Shown here one piece after another: positions 1-16,751 of a stretch of DNA of 64,000 nucleotides. The position numbers were made by a program, and so were the translations under genes. Each line of letters begins with the position of its first letter. The stretch's first letter is position 1. A model generated the notes under the pieces. That model was not told the origin of the DNA, did not search any database, and saw only the letters and a list, made by a program, of their open reading frames with translations. The stretch comes from the human T2T-CHM13v2.0 reference genome, Homo sapiens, in assembly GCF_009914755.1 (NCBI RefSeq), contig NC_060933.1; one strand, given 5' to 3'.

Positions 1-1679
1 GTAAACCCAAACTTAAGTCGTGAAGAATGTAGAGGAATGTCAGGGAAATCAAGGTAAGTGAGCAAGTCCAAAGAGCAGGAATAAGGAATAAGACAAACAG
101 AAAAGGACAAATCCAAGGCAAAAAGCTGAACTGAATGGGAGCCAAGTGGGAGCAAAGGCAGACCCTGTTTCAAAGGTGGGGCACATCTTTTCAAGCATAA
201 AAAGGAGCTTAAGGACTCATGTATCTTTATGAGTTCTAAGGTAAAACACTCCCAAAGAGGTCCAAGAGTGTGTTTGCCTCACTTCTATCTTATTTATAAT
301 CCCTTTTCTCCTTCCACTAGAACTCTGTTCCCTAGTACAGTGACTTAAATTCATCCTTGGTGTCCATTTTTTCCTTGACCTATATCCACCTATAATTTGT
401 CCTTGACCTATATCCACCCCTAGGGGGGGATAGTGAGGTGGTGAGGGAAGATATAAAACTTTCAGTGCTCCCTAGGGGTTTGCATGTGGGGCTAATGTTC
501 CCTTCTATTTTGATCTTTCCTGGACTAACCCAGCTGCACTGTAGACCAACCGGAGTTGACCTTGTTGCTACTACCCCACAAAGGAATATCAGCTGAATGT
601 CAGAAGAGAACAGCTTTTTCTAACCTGTACCATCGGTCTCCTTGTTTATCTGACACCAGCGGCTTGGACAACTCAGGCTCTCAAGTCCATATGTGAATGA
701 TGCTTTAATGTATCTGAAATATGCTTTCGAATGTGACTCACTTCAAGTCACATTATGGACTTCAAGCCATATTATGCACTAAACAAAGGAGGCCCCCCAG
801 TCTCTTTCCCATCTATTAAGCATAACAAAAAATTACTTTATTAGATTTTATAGCGAAACAATACATTGTATTCATGAGTATGATGCTATAGTATTAAGAT
901 AACTCAGTAACACACCCACACATACATGTCATTAATGATTCCATTTCTCTTTATCATAGAAAAATAAAAGTTTTACAAAAGGCAGAGGAGTTCCATTTAA
1001 ACACCAAATTTTCTTCTTGGAACAGCTCTAGCCAGGGGGTCCTTCCATTAGAAACAAGTAGCTCTTTCAGAATCTCCAGTGTTAGAGAATTCCAATTTTA
1101 AGTCTCTCATGCATATCACTTTTCTAAAAGTTCACAGTATCAACTGAACACATAAAATATCATAACAACCCATACCCATAAAATTTAAACAACACAAAAT
1201 TAGCCACAGCATAAGTATGAATCTCCTTAGACCAAAGTGTTTCAAAATATGTTCTATAGAAATTAAGGAATTGCTTAACAAGGATGATATGGTAGCTACA
1301 AGCAGAGTGGCATCCCCCCAAAACTAAAGTAGCCCCATATTTAAAAAGCATTTTTTTATATTGGGGCTCCTCAGAAGATTTCATTTAGAAAATAGGTTTC
1401 ACTCCCTTTGCAAAACTTTGAAAACTGTTGCCTTATAAAACGGTGTTTTCCAAGTTGAAGTAGTGTTCCCAGACTCCAATAAATGTCTCATAATTAAGAA
1501 TCACATTGCTGTTATAGCTGTTGACCTTGAAAGGGAGGGAGTGTGAGAAGGAATAGGCAGAGAAAAATGAAGAGAAAAAAAAGAGGAAAACTTCTTGGTT
1601 TTTATTCACCAAGTGCTATCAGTCAAAGCCATTTGCCCAGTGACCATTACCTGTGAACTTAAAATGCAAGTGGCTACCA

Positions 1680-2180
1680 AGCAATTTCACCCCTAAATAT
1701 TTATCTAAGGGAAGAGAAAAACTAAGTCCACAAGAAACCTTGTATGGGAATGTTCATAGTAAATTTTTTCGTAACAGTCCCAAACTGGAATCAGCCCAGA
1801 TGTCCATCAGAAGGACAAACTAATACATCTATACAATGGAACAATTTAGCAATAAAGAATAAAATACTGATACACGCATCAATATGAATACATCTCAAAA
1901 CTATTGCATTGAGTGAAAAAAGCTGGACCAGACACAAAAGAGTACATATTGTATGATTCTACACATTAATTTCTGGAATAAGCAAATATGTTAGAAAAAT
2001 ATCTGAACAGTTGTGGCTTCAGAGAATGGGGTTACTGGGAAGGGGTACAAGGAAAATTTCTACAGTGATGGAAATGTTCTGTATTTTGAGTGAGGTGTGG
2101 ATTACATAAGTATATATTTGTCAAAACTGATGAAACTGTACTTAAGGTTTGTGTATTTCACTGTATGAAGGTTTATCTCA
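1680..2180 (+). mobile_element. Ancient L1 (L1M-type) 3' end fragment
   Basis: Diverged L1 3' motifs (gcaatttcacccct...gaatgttcatag...agtacatattgtatgattc...gtgatggaaatgttctgtattttga). Boundaries approximate. Confidence 0.7.
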
Positions 2181-2219
2181 GTAGACAATTTTAGGGGCAA
2201 TTACTCCACTGAAAAACTA

Positions 2220-3144
<925 letters not shown>

Positions 3145-3279
3145 TGACACATATTTATACCCAAATGTGTAAAAGCTGCATCAGAAGGATATGCACAAAA
3201 ATCTCGAGATTGGTTATGCCTGGGGCGCAAAGAAAGGAAAAACAAGTGGAGTAATATTGGAAAAAGACCTTATATGAAA

Positions 3280-4232
<953 letters not shown>

Positions 4233-5119
4233 ACCCTCAGGCAAAGAAATGCAGGTGCTGCTGTTGAAATCAAACAGCTTATGAGGAAGTGGTAAGGGCA
4301 AGAGAATATGGGTGGAGTACCCATAGTATCTGTTAATACTCCCACGTAATGAGTTCTTCAGTTCTGAATTTACTGAGAGCTCTGTCAGGTTCTTGTAAGT
4401 TGGCCAAGTCAACCATAAAAATTCTATTGCTTTGCATTTTTTACAGTGCAAGTCAGTTTCTCAATCCTGACTAAGAAACACAAGAAAGGAGGAAAGATGG
4501 GGCATTTGCCTGCAATGTCAGATACAACCAAGCCAAAAGCCTACACCCCAAAGCCCTGTGTATTTGGAGGTGAGCCTGCCCTGGTCCTCCAGGAGGATAT
4601 CCAGGGTCGCCCAGACCAGATTTTGCTTTCTCACCAAGGAATGTCGCCCACCACGAATAAAAGATGCCTTTGCAGATTGAGGTTCCGGAGTGTGAGTTTA
4701 TCAAAGAAGGAGCAGGAAGAAGGAAAGAAGGGAACAAAGAAAAGCCCCCACATTTCTGCCAGCGCCTCATGCAGCTTACTAGCTCCTCTCCCAGGGCCTC
4801 CAGGAGGCTCTCTTCACATGGAAGGAGGCTGAAGAGCAGGTCTTCCAGCAGTTTAAAGTCTCTGGAGGAACTTGTGCCACAATCCATGCCTCCTCTACCA
4901 ACTGAACTCTCAACTGGGTCTGTTGCCTTCTGCCAAATGTTATTTACATCTCCAGGAGACATAAATATTGGTCACAATGCCTGTGAATCTTGAAATTCTA
5001 TTCTATTCTATTCTCCCACCTACTATAGTAAATTCCAGACAGCGATAGGCAAAAAAGAGCCCTAGGCAAGGGCCCACTTTATTCCATCTCTTTCCTTGGA
5101 CAATTCTATTAGGTAACAA

Positions 5120-5800
<681 letters not shown>

Positions 5801-5837
5801 TAAAGACAACTTTTCACCTCTGGATTAAGAGCTAGAC

Positions 5838-6323
5838 CTGCAATAGCAAACTTAAATGCCTAGAGAAGACAGGCCCATAATGCAAACGAGAAAAGGGGTC
5901 TGGTATAAGAAAATTTATTTTTAAAAACACTACTCCTCTTGTTATATCCTCATTTTCTAAAGAAATGCTTCGTTTTCTTCAACTTTAAGGAAAATAGGAG
6001 TGTATGTATGATGATAAATAGCAACCGACACCTGACTTTGGGGAGAACAATAAAGAATGAAGGGGATGGTGGCAGATTCCAGAGTCCACACCCATCTAAA
6101 GGAAGCAGCTTTGCCGTATAGGAACACGGGGCCAGGTTTCACATCTTCTTATTGTTCCAGAGAAGCAGGAAATCTGGGTTTGTATGTGAAATCTCCTGAG
6201 TTTTAAATGTTGAAAACAAATTCAAATTTTATTAAAGCACTGGATGGGCCAATTCTGTTCAGGTCAAATAAAACAAATCTGGGGGCCAGATGTGGACTGG
6301 CAGGCATCACTTTGTGTCCTCTG
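5838..6323 (-). mobile_element. hAT-Charlie MITE, MER102-like
   Basis: The ends resemble MER102 termini (gcaaacttaaatgcct... and ...aaaacaaatctgggggccagat...cctctg). Confidence 0.55.
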
Positions 6324-6584
6324 ATGTCGACAAACTAAAAGCAAGCCCAAGCCGCCCTCTCCACTGTGCTTTTTGTAGAAACATCTTGGTCCTGCTGGGA
6401 CCTCCCAGTCCAAGGAAGCACCAGGGATGGCTTACCTCACTGGCTACATGGAAGAGAGGAAAAAAGGAAGAGCAAAACTCATTTCAAGGTCCCAAGAAGA
6501 AGAGAGGAAGAGAATATTTACTCCAGGCTAGTTATTATTTTTACCACCCTCCTGCCCCATACTAGAGCATCATGAGAATACATA

Positions 6585-6715
6585 TATTCGAATCACCTGG
6601 GGTGGGAAAACAGGTTCCCTTCCGATTTATTTGATCTGTTGGGCCTGCTGTGGTCTTGCATTTTAACAAGCTCCTCGAGTAACTCTTATCCACACTGAAG
6701 TTTGACACTCGCTGC
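6585..6715. mobile_element. MER5-type hAT MITE fragment
   Basis: gaatcacctgggg...gcattttaacaagctcc...gaagtttga. Confidence 0.55.
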
Positions 6716-6835
6716 ATTGGGTTTTCCAGTCTTTGCTACAAAATGGTTCAGTTGCCAATGAGAGTTCATTTTGTCCTACATCTAAATTTGAGTTCCCTTT
6801 TGTAGGAAAAGTAATGGGGAAGAAGGGAAGGCTTT

Positions 6836-6854
6836 GAGCGCCCCCTTGGGGCTA
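6836..6854 (-). promoter_or_regulatory. Candidate CTCF binding site
   Basis: Minus strand reads TAGCCCCAAGGGGGCGCTC, 15/19 to the consensus TGGCCACCAGGGGGCGCTA, with the CpG retained. Confidence 0.55.
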
Positions 6855-7034
6855 GCTTGGTGAGTGAACAGCTTTATAGTGATAAGTGATTTTTCAGAGA
6901 TGTTAGGAATAAAAATAATAAATAGTATACTATTTATTATTATAATAGCCCATACTAGCATTAGGTATTGTGACTGGCAATTCACATATAGTATCTTATT
7001 TAAGCCTATCAGGCAGACACTATCATTACCTGCA

Positions 7035-7427
<393 letters not shown>

Positions 7428-7459
7428 TGACCTGAATTTTATAGAGGAGGAAATTTACC

Positions 7460-8680
7460 TGCAAATCCAATGGCATGGCTGATCACCCTCTTCCTTAATA
7501 TATTTTTTTAACTTGGCGCCCAGGACACCACACTCTTTCTCATTTGCCTCATATCTCACTGATTCTTCCTTCTTGGTCTTGATTGTAGTCCCCTCTTCTC
7601 CCAGATCAGTTCATTTGGATTGCCCCAAGAATCAGTCCTTGGTTTTCTTTTCCCTACAGTCACTTTCTTAATAAACTCCTTTGTCAATATGCCAATGAAC
7701 CCCAATTTTTTATATTGTAACTAACATCTCTCCTGAATCCCTGACTCATATACGCAGTTGCCTACTTGATATGTCCACTGAGATTTCTCGGAGACCCCTT
7801 AAACTTAACATGTCCAAAAATGGGGTTCTCATCTTCTCCCACAAATCTACTCTATTAGAGGGTTTTCCCATTTCAGATGATAGAAGCTCCCAATTGCTCA
7901 TACTAAAATCTTTGGTGTCATTGTTGACCCTCTCACTCATACCTCTGGCCGCCACTCCCTCCCTGGGTTGAGTCATCACCCTCTCTCGCCCGGAGTATTG
8001 CTACAGCCTCCTTTTGGTCTTTTTGCTGTCAAACTCGTGTTCCAAGAGACTATTCCTAACATAGAAACCAGAATGATCTTCTTAAAATGTAACTCAGATC
8101 ATATCATCTCTCTGCCTATAATCTTTCCAAGGCTTCCCATTTCACTCAAACTAAATGCCAAGTCCCTCAGATGGCCAATAAGGCCTTCTACAAGCAGGGC
8201 CCCATCACCTCTTTGACCTCAACTCCTGTTATTCTCTCCCTTATTCACTCCACTCTAGCCATACTGGTCTCCATGCTCTTCCTGACATGTGCCTGGCTTG
8301 TTTCTGCACTGGCTCTTTCATCTGCCTGGAGCACTTTCCCCAGGAGATTCACTTAGCTTACTACTTCACCTCCTGCAAATCTTTTCTTGGATGTCACCCT
8401 CTCAATGAAGCTACTCTGTCTCCTCTACTTCAAATTGCAACCTGTTGCTCTCTCTCTACCAAACTTCTTATCATGCTTCACTTTTCCCATGTCATTTTAT
8501 GGCTTTCCAACACATTATATAATTTAACTATTTATTACATTTTTAGTTACTTTTTCTCCCCCAACTAGAATATGAACTCCAAGGCAGCAAGAATTTTTGT
8601 ATTTTTGTATGTTTCTGTAACATATTCCAAGCACATAGATCAGTGTCTGACATGTAAAAGCAATTGTTGTTGAATGAACA
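7460..8680 (+). mobile_element. L2 element (3' part)
   Basis: L2 motifs (caggacaccacactct, aaacttaacatgtccaaaa, tcagatcatatcatctctctgc), ending ttgttgaatgaa. Confidence 0.85.
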
Positions 8681-10149
8681 AGACATGGAGAGATTACACT
8701 TCAAGCCATAAGTATTTCAATAACTCATTTGAGAAGAAAACCTGAATAACCAACAGTTGTTTTCTCCTTATAGAGAAGCAAACTATAGCTCCGTGAAGCC
8801 TGTGCTTGGGCAGCTTCTACATGCAGCAGTGCTGAATACCAACACCTACATTTCCCCAGAGAAACAGCGTACAGCAATGTGCTGTCCTCATCCACTTCTT
8901 CTGAAGTCAAGTCCCCAGCAGTTGTATCACCTGCAGAGTTGCAATGCACAGATTTGGGCATTGTCTTATTTACCTAATTTACTTGGGGGAAATAATGCTG
9001 ACTTAACAAGTGGTATTTTTCCTTACAGTAAGAAGCAATACATGGTCTGTGGTGTATGTTTTTATATACTACTTACATGTAAAGATGAGTCCTCTGAAGT
9101 TGTAACTCACAAAATGAAGCAGTATAAAATTGTGTGAGATGAATGTTCTGTAATGAGATTTTGCTGAGTAAGGCTGACTTGTCATCAGATATGCCTTGAT
9201 AAGAGATGCAATAAATGGTCCTGCTTTGTGCATCTTGAGTTGCCAGCAATTGTATTTTTCAGAGAAGCAAGCCTGAGAGTTCTTTGCAGTGAGAACGTTG
9301 GGGACTCAGTGTGGAGAGCAAAGCTGATGTGCTTGCAGTTGTGTCTAACCAGGATGAGCAGCATGGTGCTCTAGGCCATGTGTTCTTCATTTCCTTTACT
9401 TGGCTAGACAAACCCACGTGGATGGATGGCAGAACCTATCCCAACCCTGATAGTAGATTGCTCCCAAAGCTTCAGGCTTCCAAAAGAAATCCAGATCCTC
9501 TTCTTCCCACCTATTGTCACCAACCCCAAATCCCACACAGGCTCCACCTCTAGTCTTCCCCAGCCATTACAGGCATGGCTGCTCCTAACCTGCTTAGAAA
9601 AAGTAAGAAATTAAAGACCAGATTTCACAGAGATAATGAATGAGCAATTTGAAATATTAATTTGTTTTTACTGTTGAATAAACAGAGAATTCCAAGAACC
9701 ACTGTCAGAGAATAAATGGAGAGGGGTAGGAAAAAGAGTGCCTGCACTGCACCTCTGGAAACATTTATCAAATTTACCCATACAAATTCCCAGCAGTCTG
9801 ACCACACATATAACCACTCAGATTTATAGCTCCATCTCTCAGAATTGGAGGATTTGCTTCAAGGAAAAATGTCAATTACACAGAACACTAGAAGGTGAAA
9901 GAAAATATTCCAGTCCATTTCAGTGATTACATTGGGTCAATGCTGTATTTTTTGGTTGCCAAAATAAAATCAGCTCAAAAGTGTATATGAAAAAGAAAAT
10001 AAATCTCAATCTTAGTGACCATCTTTTCTGGTTGGAATTGTTTCTTCATAAGGTCAAAATGTAGCATAGCTTATCATAGCCAGTAGTTCCTCCTTCACAG
10101 TGGATTCTTGGTGGTAATTGTAATGACAAGCTGGCTTTGTAGCAAAGAA

Positions 10150-11650
10150 ACCTGAACTTATTGAAATACTTGCTTCCCTTGACATCCAGGGCATCACACT
10201 GTCCAGGATTTCCTCTAACCTATCTGGCCACTTCTCTCTCATTACGGGTTCCTTTCATCACCCAGACTTCTAACCATTGGATTGCCATAGAGCTCCATCC
10301 TTGAACCTTTTCTCTACCTTCATTCCCTCCATTGATGAGCTCAGTCTTTCTGATACCATCTGTATGCTGACGATCCCTGCATTTCTATCTCCAGACCAGG
10401 ACGTTCCCCTGAATTCCAGACTCCTCTAAAGAAAGGCTTACTTGACACCTCCATTTGGGTATCTTTAACAGGCATAACAAATTTAACATTTCCCAAACTA
10501 AACTCCTAAATTCTTTCTCCACACCCCAACCATCTTTCTTGTCTATCTCAGTAAATGGCAATTGTATTCATCTAATTGCATAATCTAGAATTCTTGATTC
10601 ATTTCTTTCTCTCATAATGCCCCATATTTGATCATTTGGCAAATCTCATTGGCTCTATATTTAAATTGTATCCTGAATCCAATCACTTCTCACCACCTCC
10701 TCTGCTACCACTTGGTTTATCAAAGCCATCATCATCTGGTTTATTGCAAATAGCCCCTTAAGTGGTTTCCCTGCTTCTACAATTGCCCCTTACAGATGAT
10801 TATCTACACCAGTGGTCTTTACCGGGTGGCGCCAGACCAGCAGCATCAGCATCATCTGGGAGCTTGCTAGAAATGCAAATTCTCCTGGACCACACCTGAC
10901 CTAGTCCATCAGAATCTCTGGGGTCTAGTAATCTGTGTTTTAATAAGCCCTCCACTATGATTCTGATACATGTTCAAGTCTGAGAACCACTGCTGTATAG
11001 AGTGGCCAAATAATTCTTTTAAAAATTCCTTCAGATCATGGCCATTTCTCCCCTCAAAATTTCCCAGTGATTTTACCAGCTCATTTCAGTAAGATCCTCA
11101 GTCTTTCTCATGGCCCACAGGGCCCACTGTGATCCCTTTCCCATTCCCGTAAGCCCCTTTCTCTCTATTCTCCCTTCACTCACCGTGCCCCAGCCATCCT
11201 GGCCCCTTCACTTTGCCTCCGGGCCTTTGCACCTGCTTTTTCCTCTGTCTACAACACCTTCCCCTCTCCCTCCTCCCACCTGACCACAGGGCTCACTCCC
11301 TCTTCTCCTTTTGGTCTCCACTCAAAATGTTAGCTTGTTAGAGGGGGCTTTCTCCAGCCACTACACTTAAAATAACAGTCCCTACTTTCCACCCCCTGTG
11401 CCTGTGCCCCTCTCCTCCCTTTACTCTGTATTGTTTTCCTGTATATCACCCATCACCACCTGGCACAGGGTATACTTTGCTTGTTTGTCTGTTTATTGGT
11501 CACTGCACCCTTCAAGAACATATGCTCCGTGAGGCTCCGCAATGTACCTGTTGGGTTTCCTGCTGTATTTTTTTTTCCAGAGCCTGAACAATGCTGGCAT
11601 CTGGTTGAGGCTCTGTAAATATTTGCTGAATAGATAAATATTCAATCAAT
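10150..11650 (+). mobile_element. L2 element, interrupted by MER5A
   Basis: Same L2 motif series, ending taaatatttgctgaatag. Confidence 0.85.
10810..10992 (+). mobile_element. MER5A (hAT-Charlie MITE)
   Basis: Termini CAGTGGT...ACCACTG, with internal ccagcagcatcagcatc...gctagaaatgcaaattctc. Confidence 0.9.
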
Positions 11651-12139
11651 GATGGCCAAGGCTCTCCTCTGGGGAGATGATACATTTATTCCAAGGATAC
11701 TGCCATTGCTCAAAATATGTTTCTGGCAAGAGTAGAAGCAGGAAAATCAGTTAGGGGACTACTTTCAATAATCCAGGAAAAATATGATGGTGATGGCTTT
11801 GATATGACCAGGTGGTAGCAGAAGAGGTGGTGAGAAGTGATTGGGTTCTAGATACAATTTGAACATAGAATCAATGGGTCAAGATCACGTTACAAGTCAC
11901 ATATGGAAACCAGGCTCAGTATTTAAGAGAGTCCACTTCTTTAAAAAAAAAATTTTTTTATCACATACATCATTTACTAGTCCTAGGATCATATGACATT
12001 TGGCTACTAAAGAACTCAAATTTCTCCCTGAAAAGTGAAACTCAGAAGCATTGAAGACATTCATAGGCTCTGAATGCAATTCCCTATATGATGAAAGAAC
12101 AATTCTGGTTTTTACAGAGAACATTTTTATATTTGTGTG

Positions 12140-12280
12140 ATTTAATTCTCACAGGAATTCTCTGCAGTTTGTGTTATTAACCCCATTTTTCAGATGAAGT
12201 AAATGAGGTTCGGAGAGGTGAACAAATTTCCTCAAGAGCCTCCAGCTGCAGAGGGGGAGGATTTAAATCCAGGCTGGCTC
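12140..12280 (-). mobile_element. MIR
   Basis: Core ccccatttttcagatgaagtaaatgaggttcggagagg. Confidence 0.75.
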
Positions 12281-12999
12281 ATGAATTTCCTTCATGATCA
12301 AGAGGTGTTGGGAAAAAACTTACATGCTTCCAAGAGAACATTCATTTGGGGCATTTCAGTTATGTCTTATTTTTAGCGTTCTTTCTACTTCATGCTCCCA
12401 TTTCATGAGCACAACTCCTCTGGATGGTCAGACCCCTGCAGCAAATATAAGGTGTAGCCAAGATGTCTGGGCCAGTTCTGTTTTCCTACAGCTCAGGCTG
12501 AGACTGGAGCTTCTGTCCAATGGCTGAGGCCCTGGTCAGGTGGTGCAGTTGCTCCTCCAGACACTGTTTCAGTGTTGCAGGGGAGACCATTGCCATTGCC
12601 ATGGGGATTTGATGCTTTCCAGTACCATGCAGCCAGCATTGTCTCCCAAACAAGAAACCATTGTTTGAGTAGAAATAGAGGGTGTTTCTCACTGGGGATT
12701 TAGGCTCAAATAAGGATCCACACTTCAACAATGCCTCCTTTTGTACTGAATGATTTATTTTTTTCAGGCTTATTTGACTTTTTTTCAAATCAAATCATAA
12801 CTCATAACAATTGTCTTTCCTATAGTGTTTCTTAAGAACTGTTGGTATGTGTTCCTGGGTGTTACACACTCATGGAATCAACATCTCATAGCACATTTAT
12901 ATTAAGGCTCCATGTTGTCCTGGGCAGACTTGGATTTCCATGGCAGGCTGGTGCAGGGGGCAGACAGGCCACGGGGTCAGAAGAGATGATGATGGGTGG

Positions 13000-13350
13000 G
13001 AACCAGCATTTACGGTGAGCTCCTTATGTGGCAGGCACTTTAGATACACTGTTTTACTTGGTCCTCACAGTCACCTCAGCAGATATAATCCAAGTTTTAC
13101 AAATAAGGAATGTAATTAGGTAAAGGGAGCAAGATCACACAGCTGATGAGAGCAGAATCTGGGATCGGTTCCCAGGTCTCATTCCAAACCTGTTCTCTTT
13201 CCATTTCCTGTTCCATAATCCCTTGCTGATCTTTCTAAACTTCAGTTTTGTCAAACAAGCCAGGTGGTTGAAAGTACACACGAGATGATGCACGTGAACA
13301 CCTCTAACACAGTGTGTGTCACATAATAGATGTTCAATAAAAATAAAATT
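13000..13350. mobile_element. MIR fragments
   Basis: atgtggcaggcact...ttttacaaataagga...aagatcacacagctg, plus a second fragment near 13270-13350. Confidence 0.6.
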
Positions 13351-13479
13351 TTCTCCTTTTTCCTTTTTTGTACCATTCCATCTTCCCCTTTTGATTTTTC
13401 TTTCTCTTTTCCTTCTCTATCATATTCTTCCAACTCCTGCTTTCTTTTTTCTTCTTTTACCCCTTTCTCTTCAGAAAAA

Positions 13480-15200
<1,721 letters not shown>

Positions 15201-15294
15201 CGCATTTTGCTGTATGAATAAGAATAAAAGGAATCTTTCTTAATAGGATCCAGGAACCATAGCGGTGTTATGACTGTTGTCATGGGTCCAGTAA

Positions 15295-15313
15295 GCTTTC
15301 CTAGGGGGCGCCT
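15295..15313 (+). promoter_or_regulatory. Weaker candidate CTCF site
   Basis: GCTTTCCTAGGGGGCGCCT: the AGGGGGCGC core is perfect but the conserved 5' CC is missing. Confidence 0.3.
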
Positions 15314-16449
15314 ATGGGCTAAAAGAGATCCTTGGCAATGCCCTTCCTCCCAAGGCAGGGGTGGGTCAGAGGCACTGAGGGCAGGAGGCTGCCAGCCAAA
15401 GAGAACAAAGCTGAGCCAATGCTAGCACAAGAGAGGAGTGTGGAGTCATAGCTTCGCCTCGACTCCCTCTTTTATATTCTAGCTACCAGCAAGATATTTG
15501 AGATTCAGCTTAAGCAAGAGTCGCTTACTTAATTCCCTCTTCTGCTTTGGGCTTCAGTGGAAGTCCTTCCAGCAATGAGAACTGCTTAGCCACAATCCAA
15601 CAATAAGGCATCTATTTTCTATTTCTTGGTAAATTCCCTCCTGTAGCAGGAGAAAAATAACATTAGGTCTCTTTCTCTTCCTTCCTCTCTCCAAAACTTT
15701 CATTCTTGTTTAGGTGAAACATTTAGAAGAAAAAACAAAACTTTAAATGTAGTTTTTTTTTGGTAATATATACAAAGATATATATATGGAGAACATATAT
15801 TAGACTTTGCATCTAACACCATTTTTCCTGGCAATATTTCTTCAGAAAATCAAAAAGAAAACTGTTTATCATTATTCATAACAAAGTCGTTATTCTCCTA
15901 CAACAGTTCTTTGGATAGGTATTCTAAATTATTTTGCACTGTTTATGCACTTTTTTCAAAATGTTTCTCTTCTGATTAGGTTTTCTGGCTTCTAATTAAT
16001 TTGCACTATTTTCACATTTTTTCAGATGCATATATTGATCTAAGATTCCACATAATAGCAAGCTGGAACTAAAACTGTAAGTGATCAGAAAAATATGAAA
16101 GCAGGAGAAATAATCCTGCATGTACCAAAGAACAATCAAAGTATTGTACATGAGCACTGCATGCAGAATAAACTGTGGTCTGGAAATCAAGAGACTTTGC
16201 CATCCTTCAGGTCATTCTGTGTGACCTTGGACAAGTGTGTGGCCTCTTGAATATTTTACAGAAACATGAGTTTCTTGATCTGTAAATTAAGTGGATTGGG
16301 GGATAAGATTTTTAAACTCCTTTCCACTGATAAGATTCAAAGACTTCCACTGATTATTGGGAATGTAGAATAATTCACAGATAGAACTTAGCAACAACAA
16401 TAGCAACAACATCAACAACATTAACAGCTCCCATTAAATAAGGATTTAT

Positions 16450-16751
16450 GGCTAGGCGCAGTGGTTCGTGCCTGTAATCCCAGGACTTTGGGAGGCTGAG
16501 GCGGGCAGATTGCTTGAGCCCAGGAGTTCAAGATGAGCCTGGGCAACGTGGAGAAACCCCGTCTTTACAAAAAATACAAAAATTATATGGGCGTGGTAAT
16601 GCGTGCCTGTAGTCCTAGCTACTAGGGAGGCTGAAGTGGGAGGATGGCTTGAGCTCAGGAGGTCGAGGCTGCAGTGAGCCATGATCATGCCACTGAACTC
16701 AAGCCTGGGCAACAGAACGAGATCCTGTCTCAAAAGAAAAAAAAAAAAAAA
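16450..16751 (+). mobile_element. AluJ element inserted in a MIR
   Basis: AluJ features (ttgagcccaggag, gggaggatggcttgag, gtcgaggctgcag). MIR core follows at about 16750-16960. Confidence 0.95.

Noticed and set aside
48-59. Perfect splice donor AAG|GTAAGT
   Set aside because: It lies in purine-rich sequence resembling an old L2 fragment, and no acceptor is visible in the window.
4471-4993. Overlapping 163-aa (-) and 109-aa (+) ORFs
   Set aside because: No recognisable homology and no supporting minus-strand splice structure. Treated as chance ORFs in GC-richer unique DNA.
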